This document shows positions 19,159-32,233 of a stretch of DNA of 64,000 nt, piece after piece; the stretch's first letter is position 1; each line of letters starts with the position of its first letter. The stretch is from an uncultured Actinomycetes bacterium (GTDB lineage Bacteria; Actinomycetota; UBA4738; HRBIN12): NCBI GenBank assembly GCA_963778545.1, contig CAVZUW010000009.1, forward strand, positions 82,069 through 146,068. The letters run 5' to 3'. The translations under genes and the position numbers were made by a program. A model generated the notes under the pieces. That model was not told the DNA's origin and did no database searches. It worked only from the letters and a program-made list of their open reading frames with translations.

Positions 19159-19191
19159 CAGGAGGCCGCCCAGAAGGCCGACCAGGAGGCC
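19143..19191. repeat. about four tandem copies of a 12-nt unit GNCCAGRAGGCC
   Basis: The copies are GGCCAGAAGGCC, G-GCCCAGGAGGCC, GCCCAGAAGGCC and GACCAGGAGGCC. They lie in the 57-nt spacer between convergent stops. Confidence 0.6.
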
Positions 19192-19193
19192 GA

Positions 19194-19685
19194 CTAGAAC
19201 ACCTGGAACGGCTTGAAGATCATCAGCCAGGTGATCGCCAGCAGGATCGCCGCGCCGAACACCGCGTTCCACAGCGCGACGGGCGAGCTCAGGATCTCCT
19301 CGAGCTCCTCGTCGCTCCGGCGAGGGACGCCCGAGGGGCGCACCTCGACGGCCTCCTTCACGCGCTGGTAGTACGGCCGCGCGACCGCCGACATCTCGCC
19401 CACCGCGAGCACCAGCAGCCCGATCGCGATCCAGAACCACCCGTCGTTCCAGAACCCGCCCTGGATCCCCGCCACCACGCCGAACACGATCAGCCACAGC
19501 AGCGAGACGTACATGCCCGTCACCGAGGAGCCGGACAGCTGGAGCATCGTCGCGATCCGGACACGGTCGCGTTCCTTGCGGACGCGCAGGGCCGCCGTCA
19601 TCGAGACCCCGTGGAAGGACACGAAGGCGATCACGCCCGCGACGTGCAGGAACTTCCACCAGGAGTACGCCGACAGGCTCAGCAT
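19194..19685 (-). CDS. integral membrane protein of unknown function (4 TM)
   Basis: 163 aa starting MLSLSAYSWWKFLHVAGVIAF. The start overlaps the upstream stop by 1 nt (TGATG). The upstream part of ORF 19194..20303 is off-frame shadow. Confidence 0.6.
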   Translation of the reverse strand: MLSLSAYSWWKFLHVAGVIAFVSFHGVSMTAALRVRKERDRVRIATMLQLSGSSVTGMYVSLLWLIVFGVVAGIQGGFWNDGWFWIAIGLLVLAVGEMSAVARPYYQRVKEAVEVRPSGVPRRSDEELEEILSSPVALWNAVFGAAILLAITWLMIFKPFQVF

Positions 19686-20287
19686 CAGGAGCTGATCGTT
19701 CTCTCCGCCTCGCGGAGGCGCCGCGCCACGACGGTCAGGATCTTGCCCGCCACCTGCGGCTCCTCCTTGACCACCCGGTCGAACGAGCTCTTGAACAGCC
19801 GGATCGCCACGACCGGCGTGTCGGCCACGACCGTCGCGCTCCGGGGACCGCCGTCGAGCAGGGAGATCTCGCCGAAGAACTCCCCGGGGCCCGCCGTGGC
19901 GATCGTGCGGCCGCCCTGCTGGACCTTGACCTCGCCCTCGACGATCACGAAGAACGAGCCGCCGGGCTGATCCTCCTCGACGATGGTCTCCCTTTCGCGG
20001 AACGAGATCTCGTCGGCGTGCTCGGCGAGCTGCTTGAGGTGTCGGCGCGACAGCCCCTCGAAGAGCGGGACCTGGCCGAGCAGGTCGGCGCCGCGCTTGC
20101 CGAGCGGACGGTCCGGACGCGGCCGCCCCGACGGGGTCGCCCCCCCGATCCCGCCGCTCGCGATCGCGCCGGGGACGGCGCCCGTGAGCGGTTCGAACAC
20201 GTCCTTGCCCAACGCTGCTTCCTCCACCGGACCGACGAACCGGAACCGGCAGCCTACCCCAGGCGGCCGGCTCGACGGAACGAGCAC
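19685..20287 (-). CDS. cyclic-nucleotide-binding domain protein (no DNA-binding domain)
   Basis: LFEGLSRRHLKQLAEH...GEFFGEISLLDGGPRSATVVA is a cNMP-binding beta-roll. The N-terminal ~70 aa are low-complexity and the start is uncertain (GTG 20287 or GTG 20227). Confidence 0.7.
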   Translation of the reverse strand: MLVPSSRPPGVGCRFRFVGPVEEAALGKDVFEPLTGAVPGAIASGGIGGATPSGRPRPDRPLGKRGADLLGQVPLFEGLSRRHLKQLAEHADEISFRERETIVEEDQPGGSFFVIVEGEVKVQQGGRTIATAGPGEFFGEISLLDGGPRSATVVADTPVVAIRLFKSSFDRVVKEEPQVAGKILTVVARRLREAERTISS

Positions 20288-20319
20288 GTCCGTTGCTGGT
20301 CACGCCGGAGCACGGCCGC

Positions 20320-20325
20320 TAGCGT
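20320..20325 (+). promoter_or_regulatory. -10-like box TAGCGT, 6 nt before ATG of metH
   Basis: TANNNT hexamer with no RBS. Confidence 0.45.
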
Positions 20326-20331
20326 GGTCTC

Positions 20332-23957
<3,626 letters not shown>

Positions 23958-23998
23958 TCGCCGGGCGTTCAGCGGTTCGGCCGGGCGGGGCTGCTACG

Positions 23999-25258
23999 GT
24001 GGGCGAGCCCGTGGGTACCTTCTGGCACTCCTTCGCCGACATGGCCGCCGTCGAGTCCGGCGGCGAACTCGTCATCGACCGGGGCGAGGGCGCGCACGTC
24101 TGGGACGAGCAGGGACGGCGCTACCTCGATGCGACCGCGGCGCTCTGGTACTGCAACGTCGGCTACGGCCGCGAGGAGATCGCCGAGGCGGCCCATCGTC
24201 AGATGGTGCGGCTGTCGGCGTACTCGACCTTCGGCGACCAGTCGAACCGCCCCGCGATCGAGCTCGCCGAACGTGTCGGCCGGCTCGCGCCGGTCCCGGA
24301 CTCGAAGGTCTTCCTCACCAGCGGCGGATCGGACTCGATCGACACCGCGACGAAGATGGCTCGACGCTACTGGCAGCTCCGCGGTGAGACCGAGCGCACG
24401 CTCCTGGTCACCCGCCAGCACGCGTACCACGGGATGCACGTCGCGGGCACGAGCCTGGCCGGCATCGAGGCCAACGCGGCCGGCCACGGCCCGCTGGTCG
24501 GCGACGTCGTGAAGATCGCGTGGGACTCCCCCGCCGCGCTCCGCGACGCGATCGCCTCCGCCGGTCCCGAGCGGGTCGCCGCGTTCTTCTGCGAGCCGGT
24601 GATCGGCGCCGGGGGCGTGTTCGCGCCGCCCGAGGGCTACCTCGCCGAGGTCCGCGCGATCTGCCGCGAGACCGGCGTCCTGTTCGTCGCGGACGAGGTC
24701 ATCACGGGGTTCGGGCGCGTCGGCGACTGGTTCGCGAGCTCGCGCTGGAGCCTCGAGCCCGACATCGTCACGTGCGCGAAGGGCATCACGAGCGGCTACC
24801 TCCCGATGGGCGCGGTGATCGCGGCCCCCTGGGTGGCCGAACCCTTCTGGCAGCCCGGCGCCGGCCTGTGGCGGCACGGCTACACCTATTCGGGTCACGC
24901 GACGGCGGCGGCGGCCGCGCTCGCGAACCTCGATGTCATGGAGCGCGAGGCACTGCCCAAGCGGGCGCTCGAGCTCGAACGCGACCTCGCGACCACCCTG
25001 GCTCCGCTGGCGGAGCACCCGCTCGTCGGCGAGGTCCGCGCCGGCACCGGGGTGCTCGCGGCGATCCAGTTCTCCGCCGAGGCGCTCGAGGCCGATGCCG
25101 GTCTCCCGGCCCGCGTGGTGAAGGCGTGCAGGGCGAACGGGATCCTGACGCGCGCGTTGGGGATCGGCGCGCTCCAGGTCTCGCCCGCGCTGATCCTCAC
25201 GCAGGGCGAGCTCGACGAGCTGCGGGACGGGGTTCGGGCCGCGCTCGACGCGGCCTGA
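23999..25258 (+). CDS. class III (omega) aminotransferase
   Basis: Only the last ~420 aa of ORF 21866..25258 make sense: LWYCNVGYGREE, FCEPVIGAGGV, DEVITGFGRVG and TCAKGITSGY. The start is uncertain (GTG 23999, GTG 24011 or ATG 24041), and a TACGGT box overlaps 23999. Confidence 0.8.
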   Translation: MGEPVGTFWHSFADMAAVESGGELVIDRGEGAHVWDEQGRRYLDATAALWYCNVGYGREEIAEAAHRQMVRLSAYSTFGDQSNRPAIELAERVGRLAPVPDSKVFLTSGGSDSIDTATKMARRYWQLRGETERTLLVTRQHAYHGMHVAGTSLAGIEANAAGHGPLVGDVVKIAWDSPAALRDAIASAGPERVAAFFCEPVIGAGGVFAPPEGYLAEVRAICRETGVLFVADEVITGFGRVGDWFASSRWSLEPDIVTCAKGITSGYLPMGAVIAAPWVAEPFWQPGAGLWRHGYTYSGHATAAAAALANLDVMEREALPKRALELERDLATTLAPLAEHPLVGEVRAGTGVLAAIQFSAEALEADAGLPARVVKACRANGILTRALGIGALQVSPALILTQGELDELRDGVRAALDAA

Positions 25259-25270
25259 GAGGGATCTCCG

Positions 25271-25286
25271 TCCGGGTCGTCCCGGA
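25271..25286. terminator. short hairpin between convergent aminotransferase and erpA
   Basis: TCCGGG-tcgt-CCCGGA. Confidence 0.3.
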
Positions 25287-25607
25287 CTAGTGGAACGAGT
25301 TCCCGCAGGCGCAGGAACTCTGGGCGACCGGGTTGTCGATCGTGAACCCCGAGGCCTCGAGGGAGTCCACGAAGTCGATCTTGGCCTCCGACAGGTACGG
25401 GACGCTCATCCGGTCGATCACGACGCGGACGCCGAACTGCTCCTCGGCGACGTCCTTCTCGGTCAGCTGGTCGTCCAGGTACATCGCGTATCGCAGGCCC
25501 GAGCACCCGCCGGGCTGGACGGCCACCCGCAGCGCGATGTCCGAACGCCCCTCCTCGACCAGGAGCTCCTTTACCTTGCCGGCTGCGGATTCGGTCAGCT
25601 GGATCAT
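25287..25607 (-). CDS. erpA: HesB/IscA/ErpA-type iron-sulfur cluster insertion protein
   Basis: 106 aa starting MIQLTESAAGKVKELL, with GGCSGLRY and a C-terminal CACGNSF. GGAGGA RBS. Confidence 0.85.
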   Translation of the reverse strand: MIQLTESAAGKVKELLVEEGRSDIALRVAVQPGGCSGLRYAMYLDDQLTEKDVAEEQFGVRVVIDRMSVPYLSEAKIDFVDSLEASGFTIDNPVAQSSCACGNSFH

Positions 25608-25648
25608 CGATCCTCCGTGGGAGACGGTGTGATGCTCGTCCCGAGATT

Positions 25649-26152
25649 CTAGCCGCTCTGGACGGGGTTCTCGTCCCCGGGGGCCGTTTCCTTGAGGTCG
25701 ACCATCTCGGCCCCCGTGGTGCGCTGGAGCTCGGACGCGGTCGTCCGGAAGACCGCGTCCGGGGTGCCCGCCGCCGCCCAGACCTCCTCGAACGCCAACA
25801 GGTCCCGGTCCAGGAACGTCCGGACGGGCTCGGGGTGCCCGAACGGCGGCGTCCCGCCGACCGCGAACCCGGTCGCGGCCCTGGCCTCCTCGGGGTCCGC
25901 GCGCCGGGCCTCCGAGGCGCCCGCCAGGGCCGCCAGGCGGCCAACGTCCACGCGGTTGGCGCCGCTCGTGAGCGCCAGGACCGGTTCGCCGTCCGCGACG
26001 AACACCAGCGACTTCACGATCTGCCCGACCTCGCACCCGATCGCCCGAGCGGCGTCGGGCGCGGTCTTCGTCCCCTCCGGGAACCGCCGCACGTCCACCG
26101 GATGCCCGAGCACGGTCGCGGCGTCGAGGAACCGATCGATCGCCTTGCTCAT
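25649..26152 (-). CDS. ybaK: YbaK/EbsC-type aminoacyl-tRNA editing (deacylase) domain protein
   Basis: 167 aa with IVKSLVFVADGEPVLAL, GFAVGGTPPFG and VWAAAGTP. TATCGT lies 7 nt upstream of the ATG. Confidence 0.7.
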   Translation of the reverse strand: MSKAIDRFLDAATVLGHPVDVRRFPEGTKTAPDAARAIGCEVGQIVKSLVFVADGEPVLALTSGANRVDVGRLAALAGASEARRADPEEARAATGFAVGGTPPFGHPEPVRTFLDRDLLAFEEVWAAAGTPDAVFRTTASELQRTTGAEMVDLKETAPGDENPVQSG

Positions 26153-26159
26153 GCGGCCA

Positions 26160-26165
26160 ACGATA
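26160..26165 (-). promoter_or_regulatory. -10-like box TATCGT, 7 nt before ATG of ybaK
   Basis: The minus strand reads TATCGTtggccgcATG. Confidence 0.4.
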
Positions 26166-26214
26166 CCGGCCGCATGGCGGCGGGTACGATACGCCCGCGC
26201 GGCTCACGGCTGGC

Positions 26215-27068
26215 ATGCTCGACCTGGAAGGAGCGAAGGTGACGATCGACCGCACGCGGTTGCTCGGGATCGCCCATGCCGAACGCGAGCGTCTCGGCCG
26301 CACGATCCAGTTCACGGGCCCGGATGTGTGGGATGCCCCGAGCGTCTGTACGGGGTGGCGGAACCGAGACATCGTCGCCCACCTGGCCGCGCAGGACACG
26401 GCGGCCGCCCAGCTCTTAGCGGGCGAGCCCGCCGCCGAGTTCGAGGCGTTCAGGCAGGCCAACGACGGCGAGCTGTGGGTCAACGGGTTCAACGAGTGGG
26501 CCGTCAAGGTGCGCGAGGAGACGCCGGTCCGCGATCTGATCATGGATTGGGGGCACGCGGCCAGGCGTTCCTGATCCTGTCCTCCCGGCTGACCGACGAC
26601 GAGTGGGACGACCTTGAAGATCGAGTGGGTCGCCGGCGAGATCGGCCTGCGCTACCTGCTGCAGTCGCGGATCATCGAGTGGTGGTTCCACGGCGAGGAC
26701 ATCCGCGAGGGGGCCGCGCTCGAGGAGAACGCACAGCACTGGCCCGTGTACCTGGCGAACGACCTGGCGATCCGCATGCTGCCCTGGTCGCTTGGTCAGG
26801 CGGGACTCTCGTTCCCCGGCCGGAGCATCCAGGTCGATCTCGAGGGCGTCGGCGAGGGACGTGGCACTGGGGTCTCGAGCCGCGGACGTCGCCACCTGAG
26901 GACAAGAAACCCGACGCGTTCATCAACGGGCGCGGCATCGCGTTCGCGCTCGTCGCCGGCCGACGGGTGGCGGCGGACGACTACCTGGACAACGGGGACC
27001 TGGTCGTCGGCGGGGACGAGGCGCTGGCGATCGCCGTACTCGAGGTCCTGCGCGCGTTCGTCGAGTAG
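26215..27068 (+). CDS. DinB/MDMPI-family (mycothiol-dependent maleylpyruvate isomerase N-terminal domain) protein, three frame breaks (~26560, ~26610, ~26858)
   Basis: Sense alternates between frames. The segments are ...CTGWRNRDIVAHLAAQ...DWGHAA, then QAFLILSSRLTDDEWDDL, then KIEWVAGEIGLRYLLQSRIIEWWFHGEDI...DLEGVGEG, then TWHWGLEP...LVVGGDEALAIAVLEVLRAFVE. Confidence 0.6.
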
Positions 27069-27074
27069 CGCGTC

Positions 27075-28068
27075 TCAGCGCGTGACCACCAACCGCTCGA
27101 TCGCTCTCGGCGCGGCGCCGAACCGGTACTTGTAGGCGTAGTCGCCCTTCAGCAGGTCGAACGCCGAGCACCCGGCCTCGATCGCGATGCGGATGTCCTC
27201 GGCCACGAGCACCATCCCGGGTGACACGGGCTGGTACGAGCGATCGAACGCCGAGTTGTACAGCGAGTAGGTGCCCTCGAACCGGAAGCCGATCGAGCCT
27301 GCGAGCTTCAGGTGCTCCGCCGTCTCGATGAAGGTCAGGCTGAAGATCCCCCGCGGCAGGAACGCCTCGCCGAGCCGGCGGAAGAAGATCTCCATCCCCG
27401 GCTGCATGAAGACGCCCTTCGGGCCCTCGCTCGTGCGATGGAGCTCGACGAACCGGTCGAGGAACGCCTCGAGCGTCTCGGGCGTGGCGAGGCAGATGTG
27501 CCAGGGACCGACCTCGGCCTCCAGGCGGCGGGCCTTGCGCTTGATCTCGTGGCGGAGCTTCGCCGGCAGGCGTTCGAGGTACTCCTCGTACGATCCGGGC
27601 AGGGGCAGGAACGGCGCGACGCCGTTCTGGTCGTCGAGCACCTCGGTCGCGAACCCTTGCGCCGCAGCCGCCTCGCGTGAGCAGACCCAACCACGCCTGG
27701 TCCTCCGGGAGGCCGCGCAGATCGGCCTCGGTCCAGTCGTCCGTGCGGGCGAGCGCCGCGAACAGTTCCTTCGCGACCGTCGGACGCGCCTCGGGCAAGG
27801 CGACGGGTCCCATGTAGTCGGTGACCTCGGTCCCGCCGAGGAACCGCAACGTGCCGTCGAGGCGCTCGAACGCCACCGCGCCGACCTGCTCCCCGTCCTC
27901 CTCGGCGAACGCGAGCAGCAGGTGGTCGGGCTGATCCGCGAACTCCTCCCAGTACAGCTTGAGGAAGGCGGGCGTGTGGAAGACGGTGCCGGCCGGGTCG
28001 GCCGTGACGAGCGCCGACCAGTCACGCCGGGCGAAGTCTCGCGGGTCCTGGCTGAAGACGATGTCCAT
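27075..28068 (-). CDS. GNAT-fold acetyltransferase of the FemAB/CelD-like type, frame break near 27675-27685
   Basis: The N-terminal half (MDIVFSQDP...FHTPAFLKLYWEEF...EDQAWLGLL) is in the ORF 26923..28068 frame. The C-terminal half (REAAAAQGF...LRHEIKRKARRLE...FDLLKGDYAYKYRFGA) is in ORF 27075..28025. Confidence 0.6.
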
Positions 28069-28107
28069 CGCGTGCGAGCCCGCTCATCCGCCGGTCTCGC
28101 GGCGACC

Positions 28108-29927
28108 CTACCAGGAGCCCCCGCCCCCGCCGCCGCCTCCGCCGCCCGCGCCGCCGCCGCTGAAGCCGCTGCCGCCCGACCCCGCCGGCGTCGCCGCGAT
28201 CGTCCCGCTCGTCGTGACCGCGAACGAGTCGACGCTGTCGGCGAACTGCGCGTACACGAACGGACGGCTGCTGACGTACCAGGTCGTGTCGCTCGGCAAC
28301 TGCCCCAGCGACTCGAACGCCTTCGCCCACTTGTCGGTCACGCCGAAGACCACGGCGTACGGCAACAAGCGCGTGAACACGTTCTCCTGCTCCGCCCACT
28401 TCGACATGTGCTCCTCGGCCTTCTCGATCACGATCCGGAAGCCGTTCACGCGCCGGGTCATCGCCGTGCCCTTCGCGGTCCTGGCCGGCATCCACTTGGC
28501 GCCGATCAGCAGGAGCAACCCGCCGAGCGCGAACGGGATACCGAGCAGACCGAGCTTGGTGAACGTTGCGAGCACGATCGTCAGGGCGATCCCCGCGGAC
28601 AGTGCCAGCGACCCGATCACCACCCAGATCTGGCGAACCCGATCGGGCCGACGCAGGAACCACTTGCGCGCGACCATGTCGTTGTACAGCGCGTCCTTCA
28701 CCTTCTGCAGGCGTTCTGCGAACTTCTTCCGCAGCTCGGACAGCTCGACCTGGTCCCCGTCCTCGAACAGCCCGTCGCGCAGCTTCTCCTCGTAGGGCAG
28801 CAGGTGGTCGCCCTCCGGGTCGGGCAGCCGGCGCAGGTTCCAGTCGGCCTTGCCGAGCATCCAGGTCTTGGGGATCTCCTCGATCACCAGGTACTTGCGG
28901 ACGGCGAGGTCGACGATCGTGGCGCTCACGTCGAGCGTGTTGGCTTCCTCGTCGATCAGCGTCCCCACCTGCCCCGGGCCGCAGGTCCTCGGGCGGCGCG
29001 AACTCGACGACGTCGACGTTCTTCTCGAGCAACGGCACCGGCTGCGTCTCCGCGTCGGCCGCTCCGCCCATCACCTGATCGATCTGCGAGCCCTTGAAGC
29101 GAACGTCCCGGCCGCGACGCCACATCACGAACCCGAGCCCCCCGACCACCAGGACGAGCAGCCCCATCCCCCCGCCCACCGTGACCGGGGTCCGGCTGAA
29201 CGCCTTGTCCAGGCTGAAGCGCTCGTCCAGGATCGGCGCGGTGCTCTCGACGGTCTCGGGCGGCAGCGCGACGACCACGGACATCGCCTGGAACGCGGGC
29301 AGGTTCGACTCGGCGAACAGGGCGTCGCCCTTGCCTTTCTCGTGCCTGATCTCGGCCGAGTCGCACGGAACCGTCGAACCAACGATCCCCTGGAAGCAGG
29401 CGACGCGGGTGATCGGTTCCGGTCCGGTCACGTGCACGTTCATCTGGCCGATCGGTTGCTCCCACTGGTCGCCGATCGCGTTCCAGAACAGCTCGTCGTG
29501 GTCGGCGAACCCGTTCATCGCGCCCTGGACCCGGTAGACGATCTCGTAGGTGTGGCGGCCGGTGATCTCGGTGTCCGGGTCGCCGATCCGGATCGAGAAG
29601 TTGCCGTTCTCGTCCTTGGTCTCGACGTCGGTGGGCGTGTTCGGGGACGCGGTGACCGACAGGAGCTCGATCGGGTAAACACGGTCGAACTCGTCGTCGT
29701 ACCGCAGGCGGTTCGGGATGAAGCGGAAGATCCCGTGCCGCGGCGTGGAGCCGAACTCCTGGACGATCGTCTCGGTGATCAGCAGGTCCCCGGAGGGCTC
29801 GATCACGATGTTCACGTCGAACCGAGGGGTCGACTCGAACACGAACCCCTGCGCCCGTGCGGGCATCGGGAGCGAGCACGGCCCAGACCAGGACGCCGAG
29901 CCATGCGATGCGGGCGGATCTCCTCAC
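28108..29927 (-). CDS. DUF2207-like membrane protein with signal peptide and Gly-rich tail, two frame breaks (~29868 and the C4 run 28972-28975)
   Basis: A signal peptide VRRSARIAWLGVLVWAVLAP runs from GTG 29927 (GTGA overlap with the upstream stop). It is followed by MPARAQGFVFESTPRFDVNIVIEP...HTYEIVYRV...VEFAPPEDLRPG, then QVGTLIDEEANTLDVSATIVDLAVRKYL and TM helices. The tail is GGGAGGGGGGGGGGSW. Confidence 0.7.
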
Positions 29928-30985
29928 AGGGCCTCCACGAAGAAGAACGAGATGGCCATGATGACGTACGCACCTGTCAGTTGTGCGCCTTCCAGCCAGT
30001 TGCTGCGGCCGTCGCTCGAGATCATGAAGACCAAGATCGTGGAGAGCGCGACCGCGGCCACCTCGAACGTGCTGAAGACGAAGTCCATCGGGTGACCGAC
30101 GAACAGACTGATGAACACCAGGGCGGGCGCCACGAACAGCGCGATCTGGGTGGACGAGCCGATCGCGATCTCGAGGGTCACGTCCACCTTGTCCCGCAGG
30201 GCGAACATGATCGCGGAGGAGTGCTCGGCCGCGTTGCCGATGATCGGGATCACGATCAGGCCGACGAAGAGCTCGGACAGCCCGAGGTCCGCGAGCGCGG
30301 GTTCGAGCGACGACACCAGGAACTCGGCCTCCAGGGCCACGAACGCGGTCGCTACGAGCAGCATCACGACCGCCTTGCGTCGTGACCACTCGGGGTGCTC
30401 CTCGGGCGAGGGCGTTCGGAACAGGTGCTCGTGCGTGACGAGGGTGAACAGCAGGGCGGCGACGTACAGGACGATCAGCACGACGGCGACGGTGCCACTC
30501 ACGACCTCGCGCTGGATGAACGTATCCGTGCTCTGTGAGTGCGCGAACAGCGCCGGCATGAAGAGCGCCGTCACCGCGAGGACGAGGGAGGTGGCGTGGA
30601 TCGAGGCCGACCGGGCGTTGTAGGTCTGCTCCTCGTGCTTGAGCCCGCCGAGCAGGAACGACAGGCCGAGGACCAGCAGGAGGTTGCCGATGATCGAGCC
30701 CGTGAGCGACGCCTTCACGATGTCGGGCTTGTCGTCCAAGATCAGGAAGACCGCGATGACGAGCTCGGTGACGTTGCCGAAGGTGGCGTTCACCAGTCCG
30801 CCGATCCGCGGGCCCGTGTGCAGGGCCAGTTGGTCGGTCGAGCGTCCGATCAGCCCCGCGAGCGGCAGGATCGCGCCGGCGGAGGTCACGAAGACCAGGA
30901 GCTCGTTGCCGCCGGCGAGCTCGAGCACGATGGAGACCGGGACGAGGACGAGCAGCCAGTCGAGCGAAGGGCGGAGCTTCGGCAT
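29924..30985 (-). CDS. CaCA-family calcium/proton exchanger
   Basis: 353 aa with about 11 TM segments and the alpha-repeat motifs GNVTELVIAV and GNAAEHSSAI. TAGGCT lies 6 nt upstream of the ATG. Confidence 0.85.
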   Translation of the reverse strand: MPKLRPSLDWLLVLVPVSIVLELAGGNELLVFVTSAGAILPLAGLIGRSTDQLALHTGPRIGGLVNATFGNVTELVIAVFLILDDKPDIVKASLTGSIIGNLLLVLGLSFLLGGLKHEEQTYNARSASIHATSLVLAVTALFMPALFAHSQSTDTFIQREVVSGTVAVVLIVLYVAALLFTLVTHEHLFRTPSPEEHPEWSRRKAVVMLLVATAFVALEAEFLVSSLEPALADLGLSELFVGLIVIPIIGNAAEHSSAIMFALRDKVDVTLEIAIGSSTQIALFVAPALVFISLFVGHPMDFVFSTFEVAAVALSTILVFMISSDGRSNWLEGAQLTGAYVIMAISFFFVEAL

Positions 30986-30991
30986 CCGCGA

Positions 30992-30997
30992 AGCCTA
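30992..30997 (-). promoter_or_regulatory. -10-like box TAGGCT, 6 nt before ATG of the Ca/H exchanger
   Basis: The minus strand reads TAGGCTtcgcggATG. Confidence 0.4.
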
Positions 30998-31032
30998 GAG
31001 CCTCGCCCCACCCGGCGGGCGCACGGCGCGGC

Positions 31033-31038
31033 TACGCT
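31033..31038 (+). promoter_or_regulatory. -10-like box TACGCT, 5 nt before ATG 31044
   Basis: TACGCTcgtcgATGATG. Confidence 0.4.
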
Positions 31039-31043
31039 CGTCG

Positions 31044-31787
31044 ATGATGGACGACACGCCGAGGCTCTACCGGGAGCTCGCCGAGTGGTGGCCGCTGCTC
31101 TCGGCGCCGGAGGAGTACGCCGAGGAGGCCGAGGACTATCGCCGCCTGCTCGTGCAGGGCTCCGGGGGCGAGGCCCGCGAGGTCCTGGAGCTCGGCTCGG
31201 GGGGCGGCAACAACGCCTCGCACCTGAAGGCCCACTTCCGGCTCACGCTCGTCGACCGCTCGCCGCAGATGCTGGCGGTGAGCCGGCGGCTCAACCCCGA
31301 GTGCGAGCACGTCGAGGGCGACATGCGCTCGGTGCGGCTGGGGCGGACGTTCGACGCGGTGTTCGTGCACGACGCGATCGCGTACATCACGACGGAGGAC
31401 GACCTGCGCGCGGTGTTCGCGACGGCGTTCGAGCACACCCGGCCGGGCGGGGTGGCGCTGTTCGTCCCCGACTCGGTGACCGAGACCTTCGAGCCGGCCG
31501 CCGATCACGGCGGGCACGACGGGCCCGATCGCGCGCTGCGCTACCTCGAGTGGACGTGGGATCCGGACCCGAACGACACGACGGTGCGGATGGACCTCAC
31601 CTACGTGTTCCACGAACCCGACGGGTCGGTGCATGCCGAGCTCGACGAGCACGTGTGCGGTCTGTTCCCCCGGGCGACGTGGCTCGCGCTGATCGGCGAC
31701 GCCGGCTTCGAGGTGCGGGCGGTGCCGCTGACGCACGACGAGCGCCCGGTCGGTTCCGAGGGGTTCCTGGCGACGCGCCCGCGCTAG
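31044..31787 (+). CDS. class I SAM-dependent methyltransferase
   Basis: 247 aa with VLELGSGGGNNA (motif I) and AVFVHDAIAY. TACGCT lies 5 nt upstream of ATG 31044. Confidence 0.75.
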   Translation: MMDDTPRLYRELAEWWPLLSAPEEYAEEAEDYRRLLVQGSGGEAREVLELGSGGGNNASHLKAHFRLTLVDRSPQMLAVSRRLNPECEHVEGDMRSVRLGRTFDAVFVHDAIAYITTEDDLRAVFATAFEHTRPGGVALFVPDSVTETFEPAADHGGHDGPDRALRYLEWTWDPDPNDTTVRMDLTYVFHEPDGSVHAELDEHVCGLFPRATWLALIGDAGFEVRAVPLTHDERPVGSEGFLATRPR

Positions 31788-32233
31788 TGGGGGGCCGCGC
31801 CCCCGGCCTCGCCGGCGCCGGCCAGGGCCTCCTGGAGGACGTCCCAGGCCAGCACGGCGCACTTCACACGCACCGGGTACTTCACGACGCCCTTGAGCGC
31901 GACGAGCTCGCCGAACGCGTCCTCGTCCGCCTCGACCTCGCCCGCCATCATCCCGCGGAACGCGCCGATGCGTTCGTCCACCTCGTCGCGGCTCTTGCCC
32001 ACGACGGCCTCGGTCATCATCGACGCCGAGCTCTGGCTGATCGAGCACCCCTGACCGACGAACGCGACGTCGAGCACCTTGCCGCCGTCCTCGTGCACGA
32101 ACACCGTGATCTCGTCGCCGCACAGCGGGTTGTTCTTCGAGCACGAGAGCTCGGCGTCGGGCATCTCGCGCTTGTTCCTCGGGTTCTTGTAGTGGTCGAG
32201 GATGACTTCCTTGTAGAGCTCGTCAAGCGCCAA
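31784..32233 (-). CDS. sufU: SufU-type Fe-S cluster assembly sulfur-transfer/scaffold protein
   Basis: 149 aa with LYKEVILDHYKNPRN, NPLCGDEI, GQGCSISQSSASMM and VKCAVLAW. Confidence 0.9.
   Translation of the reverse strand: MALDELYKEVILDHYKNPRNKREMPDAELSCSKNNPLCGDEITVFVHEDGGKVLDVAFVGQGCSISQSSASMMTEAVVGKSRDEVDERIGAFRGMMAGEVEADEDAFGELVALKGVVKYPVRVKCAVLAWDVLQEALAGAGEAGGAAPH

Noticed and set aside
19143-19191. Possible CRISPR-like array
   Set aside because: The units are 12 nt and directly adjacent with no spacers, and no cas genes are present. It is a simple tandem repeat.
28108-28175. Long GGC/GCC repeat (poly-Gly coding) as a separate microsatellite feature
   Set aside because: It is the in-frame Gly-rich C-terminal tail characteristic of DUF2207-type proteins, not an independent element.
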